64,000 nt of DNA from Takakia lepidozioides (GCA_030704615.1 CM060731.1:24862001-24926000), one strand, 5' to 3'. Positions 38,189-53,395 are shown, counted from the first letter of the stretch. The notes: a model not told the origin generated them from the sequence alone. Numbers and translations: made by a program.

Positions 38189-41100
38189 ATGGCTCGGGTA
38201 TTGGATCTGAAGCCCAACTCATGTTTGAGCGTCGGTTACGGTGACACATTTGGGTCAGAGGAATTCAAGCTGCTAGAGGTTGATGAAGGGACCTTGAAGG
38301 AGCTATTGGAGGAAGGGTAGGCAATTCCACCCACTTAAGGTGACCCCTGTTATCGAGAAATGTGGTATCCAAGGAAATGGTTTCGACAGCCAAGCTGATT
38401 CTTAGTTGACATTGTCGCTTTGGCTAATGAGTGAATTGGGATCGGGCTCCTCCTTTCTTTTCGAGAAACTTATGTCTTGTTGAGGTTCACAGGAGGCACT
38501 AGCAATGTAGAGAGACCCATTTACAGCCTTATTTCTAGCTGAGATTACTATAGTGTAGCACGGAGTTTGCCAAGCCCAAGACTGTTGGATAGTTGTGTGA
38601 GTTAGAGTGAGTGGATGATTGCACTGGACAAAGGGATTTTCTGGGAGTGTAGATGCTCTGATTTATGCAAGGCATGAGAGCGTTTACCCATAATTCTGTC
38701 CCACCTTACGGAACAATACTATTCGTGCCTAGAGTGTGGATAAAACGGATGTGATTCCTGCAAACCTTCTCTTTGAAGGGCTCACTTATCACCTGATCCA
38801 AGGCGGCTGAGGAGTTTCACCTAATATGCATGTTGACAATTGGCGAAGAGGAAAATGCTAGGGGGTGGAATGCACGATGTTGATGATCTCTGCACTTTAG
38901 TCCTCCACCTTATGCACTTGTTAAAAAGATCTGGCTGTGGTGTCACTGCCACTCACACTATAGTGTGAAATGGGCAAGGGAGTGTTTGAAGGAAAGAATT
39001 CATGGGAATGGTTCGGGATGAAATGTACACCAGGTTTTCACTTTCACTCCCCATGAAGTAATGATTGCTTTACTTATGTACACCAATTGGGATGTGGTAG
39101 CCCTACTTTAGGCAGCATACATAGCTCTTTAACAGTCCCAACCTCTGTAATGGTTAGGCTGACCATCAAGGGAGCGCCCAATGATGAAGCAGTGCTGTGT
39201 ACGTCGACAACCACATACGCCATCAAATATGTCTCTACATCAAATACAGTGCTACTTATACCACCCACAGAGTGTGCTGAAGCCCCTCAAGAAGTCCTAG
39301 CCAGAAAGGCTGAAGGCGAGGGGGATTCTGGTCTCAGGAGAGATGACATAATATCAACCATGGCAGGGGTGGTGGCCGCTGCCTCAGGCCATTTGGAGTT
39401 GGTGGAGACAGCACCCAGGCTTGACACACTCAAAGCTCTTCTCAACCAGCGGCCATATGCTGAAGATCCTGATGGAGACGAAGTGAGTCTACTCCCCCCA
39501 ATGTTGTACAAATTAATCTATTCACTTGCTGTTGCATAGTCAGATTTCAAGATGCCCTGGCCGATGATTCACTCCTCACCAGTCAGTTATCATGTAGTTC
39601 ATCATTGCAATGTTTGGAGCTTTGAAGGGAATGCCTGATATTTTTCACCTGTGGTTTGACACACACATCAATCGTTTCAGGAAGAAATACCATGTAATGT
39701 GGACCTAGTGCAAGTGAGATTCATATTCCCTGTTAATGACAGGACGTTCCATCTTATGTAGCCCTTGAAAATTTGAAAATTGTTTGGTTCTGGAAGGGAT
39801 TCCTCCAATTGCCATCTGAAGAAAGCTACTTGACAGGTTCTGAATATGAAACTGGCAGATTGACCATGATATGGAGGGAGCGTTGTACACATGGGATGAT
39901 CTTGCTAGCAATGTGCAAGCCAGCAATAGGCAGCTGAAAGATGCGTTGAAGGCCCTCCAAGCAGTTCAGATTGGAAACTATTGGAGAGTTGTGGATAGGA
40001 AATTCATGCAGGGCCTGCTGGAAGTTATCCTCCTGAGCGCTGTGCAGCATCAGTGGGACCTGAAGTACTTGCGAGAGGCAGAGGTGCTTCAAGTGCTCAA
40101 GGGTGATGGTTTCTCGCCCCACATTGTGCAACATTGCCTTGCGTGCTATGGAAACAAAGGGGGACCTGTAGTTGAGACTGGCATGGAATCCCAGAGCAAC
40201 ATGGCACGGTGAGCAGGCAAAACATTTGAACAGTTACATGGCAAATGAGCTGGTCAATTTTGCAAGCAATCTTCCGGAGGTGAATCTTGAGAGCTTACTT
40301 GAACAAAACTTTCAACTTCTGGTAGATAGGGTATTCACAGGTGCCTGGTAGTGAGGTAGTATATGCCAGTGCTGGGAAAGCGTTTTAGTAACCACTGGGG
40401 AATGTGTTGCTGCCAAACTCTGACTTATAATGCAGTTTTCACCGCAAATTTTGTGTTTTCTCAAGGTCGGGATGTTAGAGTAGGCAGGAATGCCAGCTGT
40501 CTGGAATGCACTGGATGTCTTTGACTGCAGAGAGACAAACTGCACATTGGTTTCCGTGAAGAGATTTGCCAGTCAAGCATACTAACATGCTCCACTTGCT
40601 CTTTGAGGGTGGAAACTGGCAACTTAAGCCTGCACAGTGGGTATGTCATACCCATAGCTATTCATATGATATCATCTTGACAACAATGGTCCATTCTGCT
40701 ACACGTCATTCTGAAGCCTGTAGTTGACCCATGCAGGAAACAGATGGGGGCAGATACACATCATGCTGGTGAAACACAGATATGGGAACTCGATGAGGAA
40801 AAGGTGTGCCTGCACTATGGGAAGCAATTGCTCCTTGCTGCCACGAAATGGAGGCTAGAGGATTTCGTTGAGGCATGGCAACAAAAGACGCCCACAGGGA
40901 TAAAGCCCAGCCTAGAAATGCTGAGGGGTGAGGCCCTGGTGGATAAGCTGGGGCCTGATTCCTGGTTGCGTCCCTTCAGTGTTTCTTCATTGCCTACAAA
41001 GCCAGCTGATCGATTTTCTGCATTGTTCAAGGAAAGGGCCAAGTGGGAGTGGGAAGAGTTGGAGCCATACTTGAGGTACAAACCACTTGGCCAAATTTCA

Positions 41101-41473
41101 GTAGCAAAGAACTAGGTCCATGAGTTCTATATGCTCCCTTGGCATCCACCAGTTGCTATGAATGTAGCATATTCAATCGTACTGGCTTCCTTCCCATACT
41201 GTATGAGTGACATTGAACAAGGTAGGATGTTAGGTTAAAGCTCAGCGGCAGTCCAGAGCAAGTGGATCGGTGATGATGTGACCTGAATTCCAGTGCGGGA
41301 CAAGTAGCATAGATGATTGGGACGTGTAACTTAGGTGCCCACTATTAAACTTGTCCAATGCTGGTGGCAGGGATATGCAAGCACCGGGGCAGTCAGTGGA
41401 GGCCATGTTACTCAAGTATACCCGCAAGATACAACCTTCCATCAATTCAGCTCCTCTCTACACTGCTCGCTAG
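38189..41473 (+). CDS. DCC1: Sister chromatid cohesion protein DCC1; exons 38189-38316, 39158-39482, 39859-40208, 40737-41075, 41371-41473
   Basis: KLLEVDE; LTIKGAPNDEAVLCTSTTTYAIKYVSTSNTVLLIPP; YTWDDLASNVQAS; LP..PADRFSALFKERAKWEWEELEPYLRD; LLKYTR. All introns are in phase. Confidence 0.93.
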
Positions 41474-42627
41474 TCTGTGCCACATCCCTTTAACGTTGTG
41501 GGGTTTTGAAGGCCCTTGAGAGCAGTGCATTCACAGCTGACAAACAAAGGAGGTCCCAGGTTAGGACAGGGGCGACCCACTCGACCTTGCAGAGATCCCC
41601 AGTCATAAGCCAGACCTTCTGACAATTGTTCTTGACAGTGAAGATAGAAGCAGAAGTCTGCTGCGAGGACTGAATTGAATGTTGCCAGAGGATCTTGCTA
41701 CATGGAAGCTAGCTGATTGACAACTTGGAATAGTCAGTGTCTTTTCTGCAGAACTTGCAGGAGTCTTGATTCTCTGTTCCTTGGTCAAGATTGTCATAGC
41801 CTTTCTCAAGTCGAAGGTGAATTGAAGAATTGAAGTGAATGAGAATGACATCATAACTGCATGCTGGATGGTAAATCACCATGCCCACCACTATTCACCC
41901 ACTGGTTGCTTCCGAGCAAGCCAGGAGACGCCACATGAGAAGATATGACTCTACTTAGCTTGAAGGGCATGCTGCATTCCCGCAGGAGCAGTGCAACGCA
42001 CTGTGCACTAGGATTGTGATCCTCACAAGTACTATAAAAACGTTTGAATGAAATGAATGGATGAGATACCGTCCCATTTCAAGTTTGCCGAGTTTGCAAA
42101 TGTGACTGACAGTCCAGGACCCAAACCTGAGGAAGTTGCTCTTATGTCTTGTGCCATTCATGGAAATACTGCTTGACATGCTAGTGCACCCTTCAGCTTC
42201 CCAACGTGCGATTGAGACATGAGACCCTCTATCTTGTGTCAAAACAATCTCATCCTACCTCGTCCTACATCTTTTTAAATTTCTCATTCCAGGTCAATTT
42301 GTGGCTGACTTTGTCCTGTGAAATGGAGCCACAATACCAATCAAATGTGCAAATCAAACCCATACACAGAACAGGTTTGATTGTCCTGTTACCAACAGGC
42401 CCACTCTCTCACAAATCTCACTGCTCTATGAGGGCCCATGCATAGTGATGACTGGGCCTATCAATCTCTACGGGTCTATTTCACATAAGTGAGCCTACTT
42501 TGTGGATTATGTTACACATAATAATGTACTGTAGTGTAAGGTAAGAGGAACACATGCAAAAAAGTTTATAGAAGCACATTTGCCCCCCAGTGGCATCAAT
42601 AATCCTACTCTATGTCAAATAAACTGC

Positions 42628-45600
42628 TCATGAAGCCTTTTCTTTAGGCTGAGAAGGATAGCGTTGGTGAATAACCGTACTGCAGACCACAAGAGGAAGA
42701 GCTAATGCCACATACGGTGATAGGGCTGCTCCATCCACCACCACATCCAGTGCAGCAGTCACCAGCAGTGCTGATACTATCACAAAACCCTGCACCAGCC
42801 CCAACAAATTGATTCTCAATTTGATCAGGTACATATTAGTACCAAATACATGCGCCAATTGGCTAAACAGGTAGTAGTTGCTGGTACATCAGATCGGCTG
42901 GGGAATACATTGATCTTGTACAGTACACCATTGAGGCCAGGCGCCAAGTAGAGACTCACCTAAAGCAGCCTCAAGCAGTTTAAATTTTCTCTACCTTCCC
43001 AGGAAGAAATAAAAAGAGAACCACTCTGGCTGCCCTCCTCTACCATTTTTAATTTCCTAAGATAACACCTACTCCCACAGTAGCTACCTTGGATTATTCC
43101 AAGATTCAGATTTTCAGCATTTCAAACACTCCAGAAAAAGGTCCAAGTATGGAGCCTAAAAGCATTTTACACAACAACAAAAAACACATACCTTCTTCAC
43201 ACCTCCAGAGTATTGAGTGACAAACCCCACCAAAATACCTCCAATGGCATTGGTAAGAACTGGCACCTGCCATGACAACCCCTCCCAACATCTATGAGTG
43301 GAACTATCCTTGTGGATGTTGAGAGTCACATTTTTTCCCAAACTAAGAGGTCATATCTTTTAAGAAATGGAATGATTTTGGGTTTGAATCAAAACACAGG
43401 CTGTTTACATGACTGAGTCATATAAAAAAAGGGATTACTTACAATTGTTACCGAAGTCCAGCCATAGAAGAAGCCATACTGTCTTACAGAGGTACCATCG
43501 GGTGTGCCCAGCATGCTAGTGAGCAGGAACATGATTCCAAGGGTGGACATCTCCACTGTCATTAAGTACGTGCCCCTGCGTTTCACCTGTGCACCCTTGA
43601 GTAAACCAAGGTTCCCTCAGCCAATAGCAGATCCACAAAATAAACAGCCCAAACACTTCATACCTGAGATGCCCATTGGCAGAGGGTGGAAGCCAGACCC
43701 GAGAGTATTGAAGCAAATAGGAGGGGGACTATGCCAAACACAAGAGGGAGATCATGCTCCTGCTGCTTTGGTGCACTCTCACCAAGGCTCAGCAATATTG
43801 CCGCTACCATCAGCATCAGCAACGCTCCCACCTGTTGCCTCGATTGGCGGTGCCTGCCACCCACCCATTGCCAACTCGTTGGATGCACTGGAATTCTGGA
43901 ATCTTAGGCTCACAATCTAAGGAACCCGTTATGACACCTATAAAGGCTCTCTCTCGTGCAAGGGGAAGGACCTGCACACAATTACAATAGGCCCTGCTTG
44001 TGGCCCAATACCATATGGAACAATGGCTCTTCCCCACACTCACCCACTACATTTCCTTCCTGCATGATATAAGAGAAACCAGATCTCCAACTTCACATAA
44101 AAAGTGATACTTTTGTAGAAAATGAGGACTAAATTTGGTGATAGCTGCTATGTTCAAAACAACCAACCTCAGGGTGGATAAGCAATTTATAAAGGTCACT
44201 GTTGTGTCACTATCAGTGTCCGCTCTAACGGCACCTCTTGTGCAGACTACATACCCAAGAAACAGGAACATGAAGACCGCTGTAAACACCAGCTTGGTCT
44301 GATTCAAGAGTGAAAACGTAAGGGAGTCCAGGTGGCGATAGGACAGCTGCAGCATTGTGTTCTGCACTGCATACACTGCAGCCGGCAGTGCTGACACTTT
44401 TAGAGCTTCAAACAACCTCCAATCTTTGCTAATTCTCCACAAGCTGCCATCCCATGCCATCACCACCAGCGACCCTACAGTCTGCACCCACAGTGATCAC
44501 CCATTCAGATGGTTGTCGTAACCATTTTAGGGCCCATTCAGCCAGGATGCATAACAAGCTAAAGTAAACTATACCCTCAGGAAGCTAGCAGCAAGGAGCT
44601 CTAGTTGTACAAGGACGAAGTCGACCAGTCAGTGTCTCACCTACAGCAGCAAGCAGGAAGGCAGACTCCTCGAGCAGGTAGCAGCAAACCAAGTACCTTG
44701 ACCATTTCACACGCAATCACTGCTGACGTTGTTATCACTTGCCTCCTGCAACCGTCTCACATCCCACCATCCCATCCCATCGCATCACTGCCAGTCAGAT
44801 CTCGAGCGACTGCTTGCTTGAGGTAGCCTCTCCATCCCCAAGCAGCCTGCATACACTTGCAAGGCTTTGCAGAATAGAAACATCAAAGATAGAGAGCATA
44901 GGAGCAATCTCAACCCAGAGGCTGTATCAAGTACAACATAATGCAAACATTCGTACAAGTCACTGCACGTGATAGTGTCAATGTACAAAGAAATGCACAT
45001 TAACCTCTCAATTCATGAAGTGTTCACACCTTCTTTTATAGATCTCCTCCCGGTACACTCTTTAATCTTGCTAGCATAATGGAGGTGTTGGCATCCATCC
45101 CTCATTTGAATCCAAAAGTCCTACTTCCCAAAGATTGACTGGGAGAATTACAGTGCACACCAGGTGAGTCTGCTCTGGATAACGGTCTACATCATATCTG
45201 TGGCTCACGGTAAGGCCTTCAATCCTCTACATAGGATCAAAGCTTCCTGCAGCTTGACCTCTGTTCTAGTGGGCCCTTTTAAGTTCTTTTTTTGGTGAGA
45301 GGACATGGTGTTGAACTATGTTACTTGTGCCAGTCAAAGATCCCTCTCTAGGCATGGGGTGGAGTGGCAACTAACTCCACATTAGAGATCTCCTGATGGA
45401 GGCTTCTGGTAAAAAAGGGCTTGGCACAGCCCTGGGTGGTTTACCTCACATCACATGTGATCATGGGGAGTATAAGCATGGTTTGAGCTCATTTAAGCCA
45501 GCACAGCTTACTCTCTCCTCACAATAACCGATCAAACCAGAGACAAAGATTACCAAGTGCAGCATGCATACAAAAGAGTTTCATACTACTTCATTAATAA

Positions 45601-46601
45601 GCTGTCAAACTAGACCGTGGCAATACTTGAACATATCCGACATGCTCTAGGCCCAATGACTGGTTGGACTGATCAAAAGTGCAGAAAAGGTGCTGCTGCT
45701 ACTGCGATGCCCAAATTCCCTCTCATAAACTACTGGACAATCATCCACGAATTAACTGAAAAACGATTGGGAATGAGAGATGTCTGTGGCTGGACTCCAG
45801 TGAATGTACAAGAAGTGCTACACTGAAACAAACCTAGAGGTTGTAGACAGCAAACTGGCTCACCAGTACAACTGTTACCAGTGAACAACAAACCTTCAAC
45901 ATGCTCGAAGTCTTAAAGCTGAGCGATGCATGCTTGGGACAACTCTCAAGAGAGGTTAACATAAAAATGTCTTCAAGGCTCATGGACTCAATTCAGTTCG
46001 AATGAATGTTTACAGTATATCGGCTGGAATGAATTGCCCCTGGCCAGTGCATGCGCCAAACACACGGTCTTGTTGAGAATCTAGTGGTAGAATAAGGCAG
46101 CGCAAAGGGATTGGGAAAATATCTTCATCTCTTCCTGCTTTCGCCTGGCAAAGAGCCCGCTTTTTTGAGAGTCCTGACCTAACTTTGTAACGACCTGTAA
46201 ATCTGCTAACACTCAATTTGCAGTGTTCAAGTCCAAGCGACTCAGTAAAATAAAATTCGTGAGAAATTCCACTGGATCAGTAACACAAGCTGTAGGATAC
46301 TTTAGTGAGTCATTCGTGGTGAGGCTAGCTTCCTCTGCGCCATATATCAGTAGTCAACCAAAATACACCTAGGTGTACGAATCACATCTAAATGAAAGAC
46401 GATTCCATAGCAGCTATCCACGTTCACTACCGCAAGTATGCGATTAGATTTGTACCCTGTGAAGCGCTTGGTTATCAAGGGCTGCACACCATACTGGATT
46501 GCCAGCGCCACCATCAAAAGCACTGCTGTACGCTCCTTCTCCTGTTGCGATTGCTCCACCTCCGCAGAAGGACGCTGCTGCTCACGCACTTGTGCTTCCA
46601 T
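42628..46601 (-). CDS. ROCK1: Nucleotide-sugar transporter ROCK1 orthologue; exons 46601-46456, 44745-44697, 44481-44255, 43853-43664, 43586-43443, 43266-43192, 42789-42628
   Basis: QYGVQPLITKRF; LPAAVYAVQN..LDSLTFSLLNQTK; LSGLASTLCQWASQVK..YLMTVEMS; GGVKKGFVIVSALLVTA, matching the Arabidopsis ROCK1 motifs as I recall them. Confidence 0.92.
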
Positions 46602-48494
46602 GGTCGGTTGCTCTCCTCTAAATCTTCCTATTTTTTCACCAGAATTACTCGATCCCCCTCTCGCTGTGTGATTCCTCCGCTTTCTTTCTCCCTCTTTCTG
46701 ACCATGTGTATCTTTGTGCCTACACATGAACTTCACCCTCCTGCTCTCTAATTCTCTCTCTAATTCAATCCTTCAATCCTTCAGTACTTATAAATCCTTC
46801 TCTCTCTCTCTCTCTCTCTCCCCCTCCTCCTCCAGATCGTGAACCATTGCAAGATCCTTAGAGCTCATCGCAGTAAGAAAAGACAGAGAGTTCGCTTCCC
46901 GAGGACATGTCGTAACCACCACAGCACGACGAGACCGGTAGTGGATGAACCTTATTTTCGTACAGTTGTCATCCCTATTACACCGCTTTGTAGGTGGAGC
47001 AGATGGATGACTTTCCATTCCACAGCTCGTCATTCATCCACGTCGCCAGGGAGTATTATATTGAAGGTGACGGATGTCAATCGTTGCGCTCGTGACAACC
47101 CTAACTGACCGTATCCTTGACTATTTCCGGCACTCATAATAATTTAATAATAAATGCAAATGAAAATACACGAGATGCCCGGAGTATCGTCGGGGGAAGA
47201 AACCGACCCCGGGTGCCCCGGGCGGCGGCAAGCCTCAGCCCGGGCACCGGTGCTAACACGTGCCCGAATAGCCGCGGCCCAGGACGGGTCCAGGGCAACC
47301 TTTCTGCAAGGGCGGGCCCGGGCGGCCGCGCCAACCGACTCCGATCTGCAGCCCGGGCCGCCCTGGCCGCAGCCTGCGTGGTTGGATTGGTGGGTGGCCC
47401 GGCCTAGCCCCACCGCCCTACCCTGATTCCGAGGAGCACTTTATGCGCAGATGAATGCTAGCCCTAACTTCATCCATATTGGAGCGCCAGAGCAACCTCA
47501 GGATGAATTAGTGAGACAGGGGACGAGAAGTTGACGAGAAGTTGACGTACGACGAAGAAAAGGACGAACAGAGATAGACGACGAGTTGACATCGTCGATG
47601 CGCGAGCCGACGGACATAATAAGGCCAGGGTAGGGCCCCGATGTTCCCCAGACATGCGCTTTTGCTTCACAGCTTTGGTATGGCGGATAAAAGAATATGT
47701 GTGCTCTTTGGGCTGGGCTGCACCAACACCACGATGTTTCCGTTTCCACCACATATTTTTCCTAGACTTGCTTGGATGCATGAACAGCTCACAACAAATC
47801 TCCTCATATCCGAATGGGGTGAGTACTGATGACATTGCACGAAGATGGAGAAATGAAGATTTGAGCTATGCAGGCCACCGTGATACACAAAGCATTAGCT
47901 GTGGCCGTGTGGCATTGCGAAGCGTGAGTTGAAGGTTGAAACAGTCAGGCTTGGCAGGAGAGAAGAAGCATAAAACTTGGCGTCGAGTGAACACATTCCA
48001 CCGAATCACCGCACAGTATAGGTACAAAGCAAAGAACAAGTCTGAGAGGCTGAGCGGAGTCTTCGCTTCTACATGAGTGCAGCAAAGCAGTGCAGATTTT
48101 GAACTTCCACTGCAAGTGAGAAAGCAAGGGTGTGGGCCACAGAGTGGTGGCGGCGGAGCGCAACCGTTCACTGGTCACTTCTGTGTCCGAAGCATGTGCC
48201 CAAAATGGGATGGGAGCTATGGATAGAATCCATGCCACCAGGGACTTGCATCCATAATCACAATTAATTCTACATTCGCCAACATAACTACTACCTTACT
48301 TATTTTGACAGTCAGAATGATGATTTATCCTAACACAGATGAAAATAGTTATGATCTAGGTTATATGAAGACAAAAGCTCATCTGTTCCACTGCACTGGG
48401 AACCTAGGCCTTACATTAAAAAAAACAAAACGTGCACTGGATAACGACTTGCCATTGCAAAGTACCGGCAAACTACTTTCAACAGTGTCCTCAC

Positions 48495-49302
48495 CACTGT
48501 TGGGCGGTTACCCGCCGGGACCCAAGTTAACCGCCGGTTCAGGTTCAGGTTAATCGGAACCGGGCCCATTCCTACAGAACCTGACCCGGAACCGGAACCT
48601 GCCAATGGGGATCGGCGCAGAACCGAACCGGCGGTTCCTGCTGGGTGTGAGAACCGGAGAACTGGGCGCAGGGGGTAAAAACAGTTTCCGTTCTTGACCC
48701 CTTGGTGGGGCTGGTGGGCCCAGGGCAAAACTTATTTAATGCTCTCAAGCTCCTGAGATCCTGGGTTCAATGCTTGAAGGCCATGAGATTCTATGTTCAA
48801 TGCTTCAGCGCCATAAGATCTTGGGTTCAATCTCCAGCTCCATGATATCCTGGCTAAGTTCATTAATAAAATGTTTGAAGATGCCAATACTTGCCAGGTA
48901 GCTGAATAGTACTTTCAACCCATAAAATTCTACCCATTTTCTTCTACCAGTTTATTTAGAGTATTTTTGTTTGTTTTTTTGTGTTAGTGAAAACTAACAA
49001 AATCGTTGGATTTTAGTTCAAATATGTGAATACACTGCTATTTAATCTACCGGACTGATAAAATATTTTAAATCTAATTAAATTAAACAAATATATTTTT
49101 AAAATAGAACCGGAACCTAACCGGAACCGATGGTTTTTATCAGCAACTAACCGGTAACGGGAACCTTAAAAGTTGGATCCGGAATTGGACCGGAACCGGC
49201 TCAATAAAAAAAAACCGGAACCGGATCCAGAACCGTCTCTTGAAATAATTGTGGAACCGGAACCGAAGGTTCCTTCACAAATGCAAGAACCGCCCAACAC
49301 TG
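48495..49302. mobile_element. Non-autonomous hAT-like element / MITE
   Basis: TIRs CACTGTTGGGCGGTT / AACCGCCCAACACTG (1 mismatch), many subterminal GAACCGG motifs, AT-rich core and ~30-bp internal repeats at 48750-48850. No intact TSD. Confidence 0.8.
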
Positions 49303-50700
49303 GCCGGCTGATTAACTCGTATTCGTGGGAGTCCTAGGCTGGACATCAATGAAAGAACAAGGAAGCTTGCTTGTGATGTAAGGCTTTCAGCCTAAGAACA
49401 GGTTCCTCTGCATATATTGAGTGTAGTGCCTAGTAAAGCATATGCCATGCACAGCCAGGAGGAGGAATTGATTCAGAGAGATAAGACTCTGGCCGAAGCT
49501 AGTGTAAAAAGCCTAGTTCTCTCTCTAGAGCAAGGAAATTTAACGAACCAGCAGTGGTGAAAGAAACCAGAGAATGCCTACTATAAACAGGATCCATTCT
49601 AGTCTAATCAGACTGGCATGATGCACCTAAAAATATTTAACACTCCACATTACAACCCTGTCGAAAACAAAAACCGCCAATAGTACAGTAGACAAACCTA
49701 GCATGATACCACATATCATCGTCATCACCAAACCGAGACACTGTTCCATCCCTCTCGTAGTCTCCCTTGTACACTAAAATGAACACCTCAAGATACATTG
49801 TCGCATCTGAAATGCAATGAAAAATTCCAAACCAAAGGCGATAGTCCATCCGAGTTCGGCCCGGTGAAATGATCCCATCATTATATGTTCCGTTTGTTTT
49901 TGGCAAGAATCAACCTTCTTCTTTTTCCAAATTACAGTATAATGTAATGGACAACCTTAATACGTAATAGTGTAGAGTAGCAGGAGTTCATGTCTACTGG
50001 CTCGCTTATACCTCGCAGTAGGGAGCGAAATGTTGTGAAGAGAGCAAAGAGTGAAGTGATATAGTGATCCTAGTTGCAACAAATAGTGGCAGAGGAACAA
50101 GATGACATGATCTGACTCGCACACTAAGAGTTTCAAGTTTCAACCTAAACAGATATTCCTTTCCTCTGCATGTGATTGTGTGGTAGTCGGTAAAACCTTT
50201 GTCATGCCCATGAGCAGGAATCAAATCATGAGGACTCCATTCCTCTCATGAATTGAACCGTCGTTGAGTACTCCTCGTTCTCAATATTATAACTTGTTTC
50301 AAAATAACTTTTATGTAGAGTAAGATACACTGCTAACGGTACCAAGTAAGTAGTTGCTGGAGAGGAAGTGTTGAAGAAAGTGTTATGTGAGTGAATGTTA
50401 AAAATAATACAAATAAAAGCAGTCGAGCGGATGAGTAAGAGCGCGGGAAAGTACCGCGAGACGTGCCCAATTCAACCGAGCTCATTGACAATTTACAGCC
50501 ACGTGCTACGCATCAGCCCGCCTACGTGGCGGTCGATGATCGTGTAACGCGTAGCTCAAGCTACCCCGCACCCAACGCGTGTCCACCTCCTAACGATATT
50601 TTGCCACGCGTCACCACAAATCTGCGGTCCTGCTTAATGCCGACAAAATTCGACACCCAAATTTAGGGCCTCTTCGCCTGCTGTACTGTCCTGTACTCGC

Positions 50701-50806
50701 CCGTTCATCCCTGCCGACACTTTTCTGTTGACCGTCTGTGAAAGATGCCGGGGGCCGTTCATCCTTTACCGACAATTTTCAGTTGACCGTCTGTGAAAGA
50801 TGCCGG
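50701..50806 (+). repeat. ~55-bp tandem duplication
   Basis: ccgttcatcc..ccgaca.ttttc.gttgaccgtctgtgaaagatgccgg occurs twice. Confidence 0.85.
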
Positions 50807-53395
50807 ATGGCGAAGACGAGGGTGCTATCATTTATGAATCAATCTTAAATACATTATTGCGTGCTTTCACCTTTGTGCACAAAGTAAGCGGGCAGCCCGT
50901 CAAAAGTGCAGAACGAGGCGGGGCAGCATTGTTTTTGTCGCGGGTAGATTCGAAAAGTAGCTGAAGACAGACCGGGGCTGTGGATGATTGGTGTATGATG
51001 AGTGGTGGGCGGAAAGATCTGGCCCCTGCCTATACTTGGCTATACCTGGCTATACTATCCATCCACTTTTGGTGCTAAATGCTGCTGTAGAAGCAGCTTT
51101 ATATACCCTCCCACAAAAACCAGGATATACGGCGCGGGTTTAGCCACGCCAGCCGAAACCAAGCGGCGGCTGCAAGGCGTTTGCCGACATGTTTTGTCCC
51201 CTCAAAACAATACACGAGATAAACCGAGTGAGTACACGTCACTTACTATTTTGTAAGGATAATACACCTGATCTGATTTTCTCAAGATACAATAAAAAAT
51301 ACAAAAACATTTAGTACCTGGCCCATTGAACTGTGGTTAATATTTATTAGGACGTTATTATAGGACTTCGGCCACGGGGCGTTGTCAAAGTTTGACTCAC
51401 GTACAGAAGTTATGTATATCATCCACGACACGCGTACATCCGCCGATACGTTCGTAGGCTGGTTAGGACGTAGAGGGGGTGGATGTGTCGGTGGGCGGGC
51501 GGGGCGTGACAGGGCCGCAAGTGGGCGGCACGCGTGTCGACCCCGCTCAGTGGCCATCCATCTCACGGTTCAAATTATTGGTCGTGGCTCTGCCCATCTG
51601 TTCATCCACTTAACGGCCACGTCCATTTATTATTATCTTTAATCACTGTTACTCCAAAAGCAGCTCCACAGAGACATTCATCCACACATTTAATTCGCTG
51701 CTAATCATATCGAGCGTCATCCATCCACCATCGTGGATGACAGACAGCACCTGAAGCACGAGACGGATGGATGGAACATTGCGGGGGTTAAACTGGGAAT
51801 GGGTTAATAATGTGCGATGGATATTTTGGAGGAATATTAGAAAGGACACTGAAGGACGACCTTCTGTCCTTTGCACACGTTTACGATTTTTCATCCGTCT
51901 GTCTGTTCATTCGCTCACTGTCTGGGGGTTTGAATAACCTCCCACGGCAGTGCGAATGAATGTAAGGTGGAGCGGATGAATGTGGATGGGTTGGCGGGGA
52001 AGCAAGAAAGGCGTCGCTAAGCTCGGCGCTAAGAACGGAGGAGAGAGACGAAGGGGATGGGGAGGGGGAAGTGAGAGAGGGAAAGGGAAGGAGCGAAGGA
52101 AGGGCCTACCGTCCTTGGATGCTCTCGCACACGCGGCTGGTTTCTCGCTGGCGAGCTCTTTCCAGAGAGTCATCCGTTGTTCAAGCAAGGGAGGCTCCAG
52201 TTCAGCTTGACACTGTTGCTCTCGGCTTGGGCTTCACTCAACCCGTAGCAGGTATGTAGGTCTGCGGAATCTGCTGTGCATGCATGATGATCGCTGCGGT
52301 TTGACATTCGTCCTCTGTTTCCTCTTGCCTCACCTTGCTTGTAGGGTGCCTTAGTTACGTCATTGCTGTGACCAACTTGCGCCTTTATTCAACCAACGCG
52401 GGGTGGTGCTGTTTTACCTCTGTTTTCTGGTCTGTTCTACTCACAATCTCGTTTCCCCTGACTCAGTCGTCTGTCGGTCTGTCTGCTGTCGTGTACGCTC
52501 AGTTTGATCTTGTTAGGCAGGTTGCTTGTCATTGTGGTGTGCTCAACTTCGGCATATGGTGTAGGCAAGTTTCTTATCACATCTTGAATATCTTTCTCAC
52601 CGTCGTCTCTCTCCATGTACCTTGTTGCTATGCTCAGTTTGCGTCAAATAGCACCTCGAGGTCTCACTGTATGAGATGTCTCTGTCTTTCCAATCATCAG
52701 ATTCGCTTATAGATCTCCTCTTAGGCACCTGCTGTTCCCTTTCCTATCTCACGCATCTCTGTTGTCTGTTTCCTCTCTCTTCCTTTGAGCTGTTGTTCTT
52801 CAAAAGCCTTCTCCTTGGCTTTCTGTCTCTTGATCTTAATCTTGTTCCCCACCATCTGTTTTATCTCCCTCCTCCTACTCTGTTTGTGACTCAGCTACTA
52901 CTTTGTGTGGATCCTTCTTCTTCACTCACGCCGCATCTGTCTTCCTTAGCCTTCTCCATTCTTTTGCCTGTACATCCGTTAATCTTCTCTTGCTCTCCTT
53001 CGTCAATCACCTCGTGCCAGAAGCCGCTTTCCTCCTATTCATTTTCTCTCGTCTTTTCCCGTTTTTATGTCTCGCTGCTTTGTCCGTGATTTACTAGCCT
53101 GGAAGATATGTTGATCTCTATTGACTGAAGGATTTGAAATTTGTGCCACTGGCACGCATTCACTGTACCTGCATTATTGGTTTCGTTCCTTGTTTGTTTA
53201 TGGTAGAAGCTTAGCTTTCCTTTCCTCAACGCTCTGTCAGCTCAGGGTCTCCCTTATTCAACTGGGTGATCTCCTCCCTTCTCAGGAAATCTTTGGTCGT
53301 CTAGGTATTGTTCTGGTTTTTCTTAACACGCTTTTGGTTCTCCTGTCAGAGGTCTTACTCACTCTTTGCCCTCTCCTGTCGCTTCTGTCTCTCCC

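Noticed and set aside
52335-53350. Hydrophobic ORFs upstream of the DUF761 gene
   Set aside because: These are translations of a pyrimidine-rich probable 5'UTR intron.
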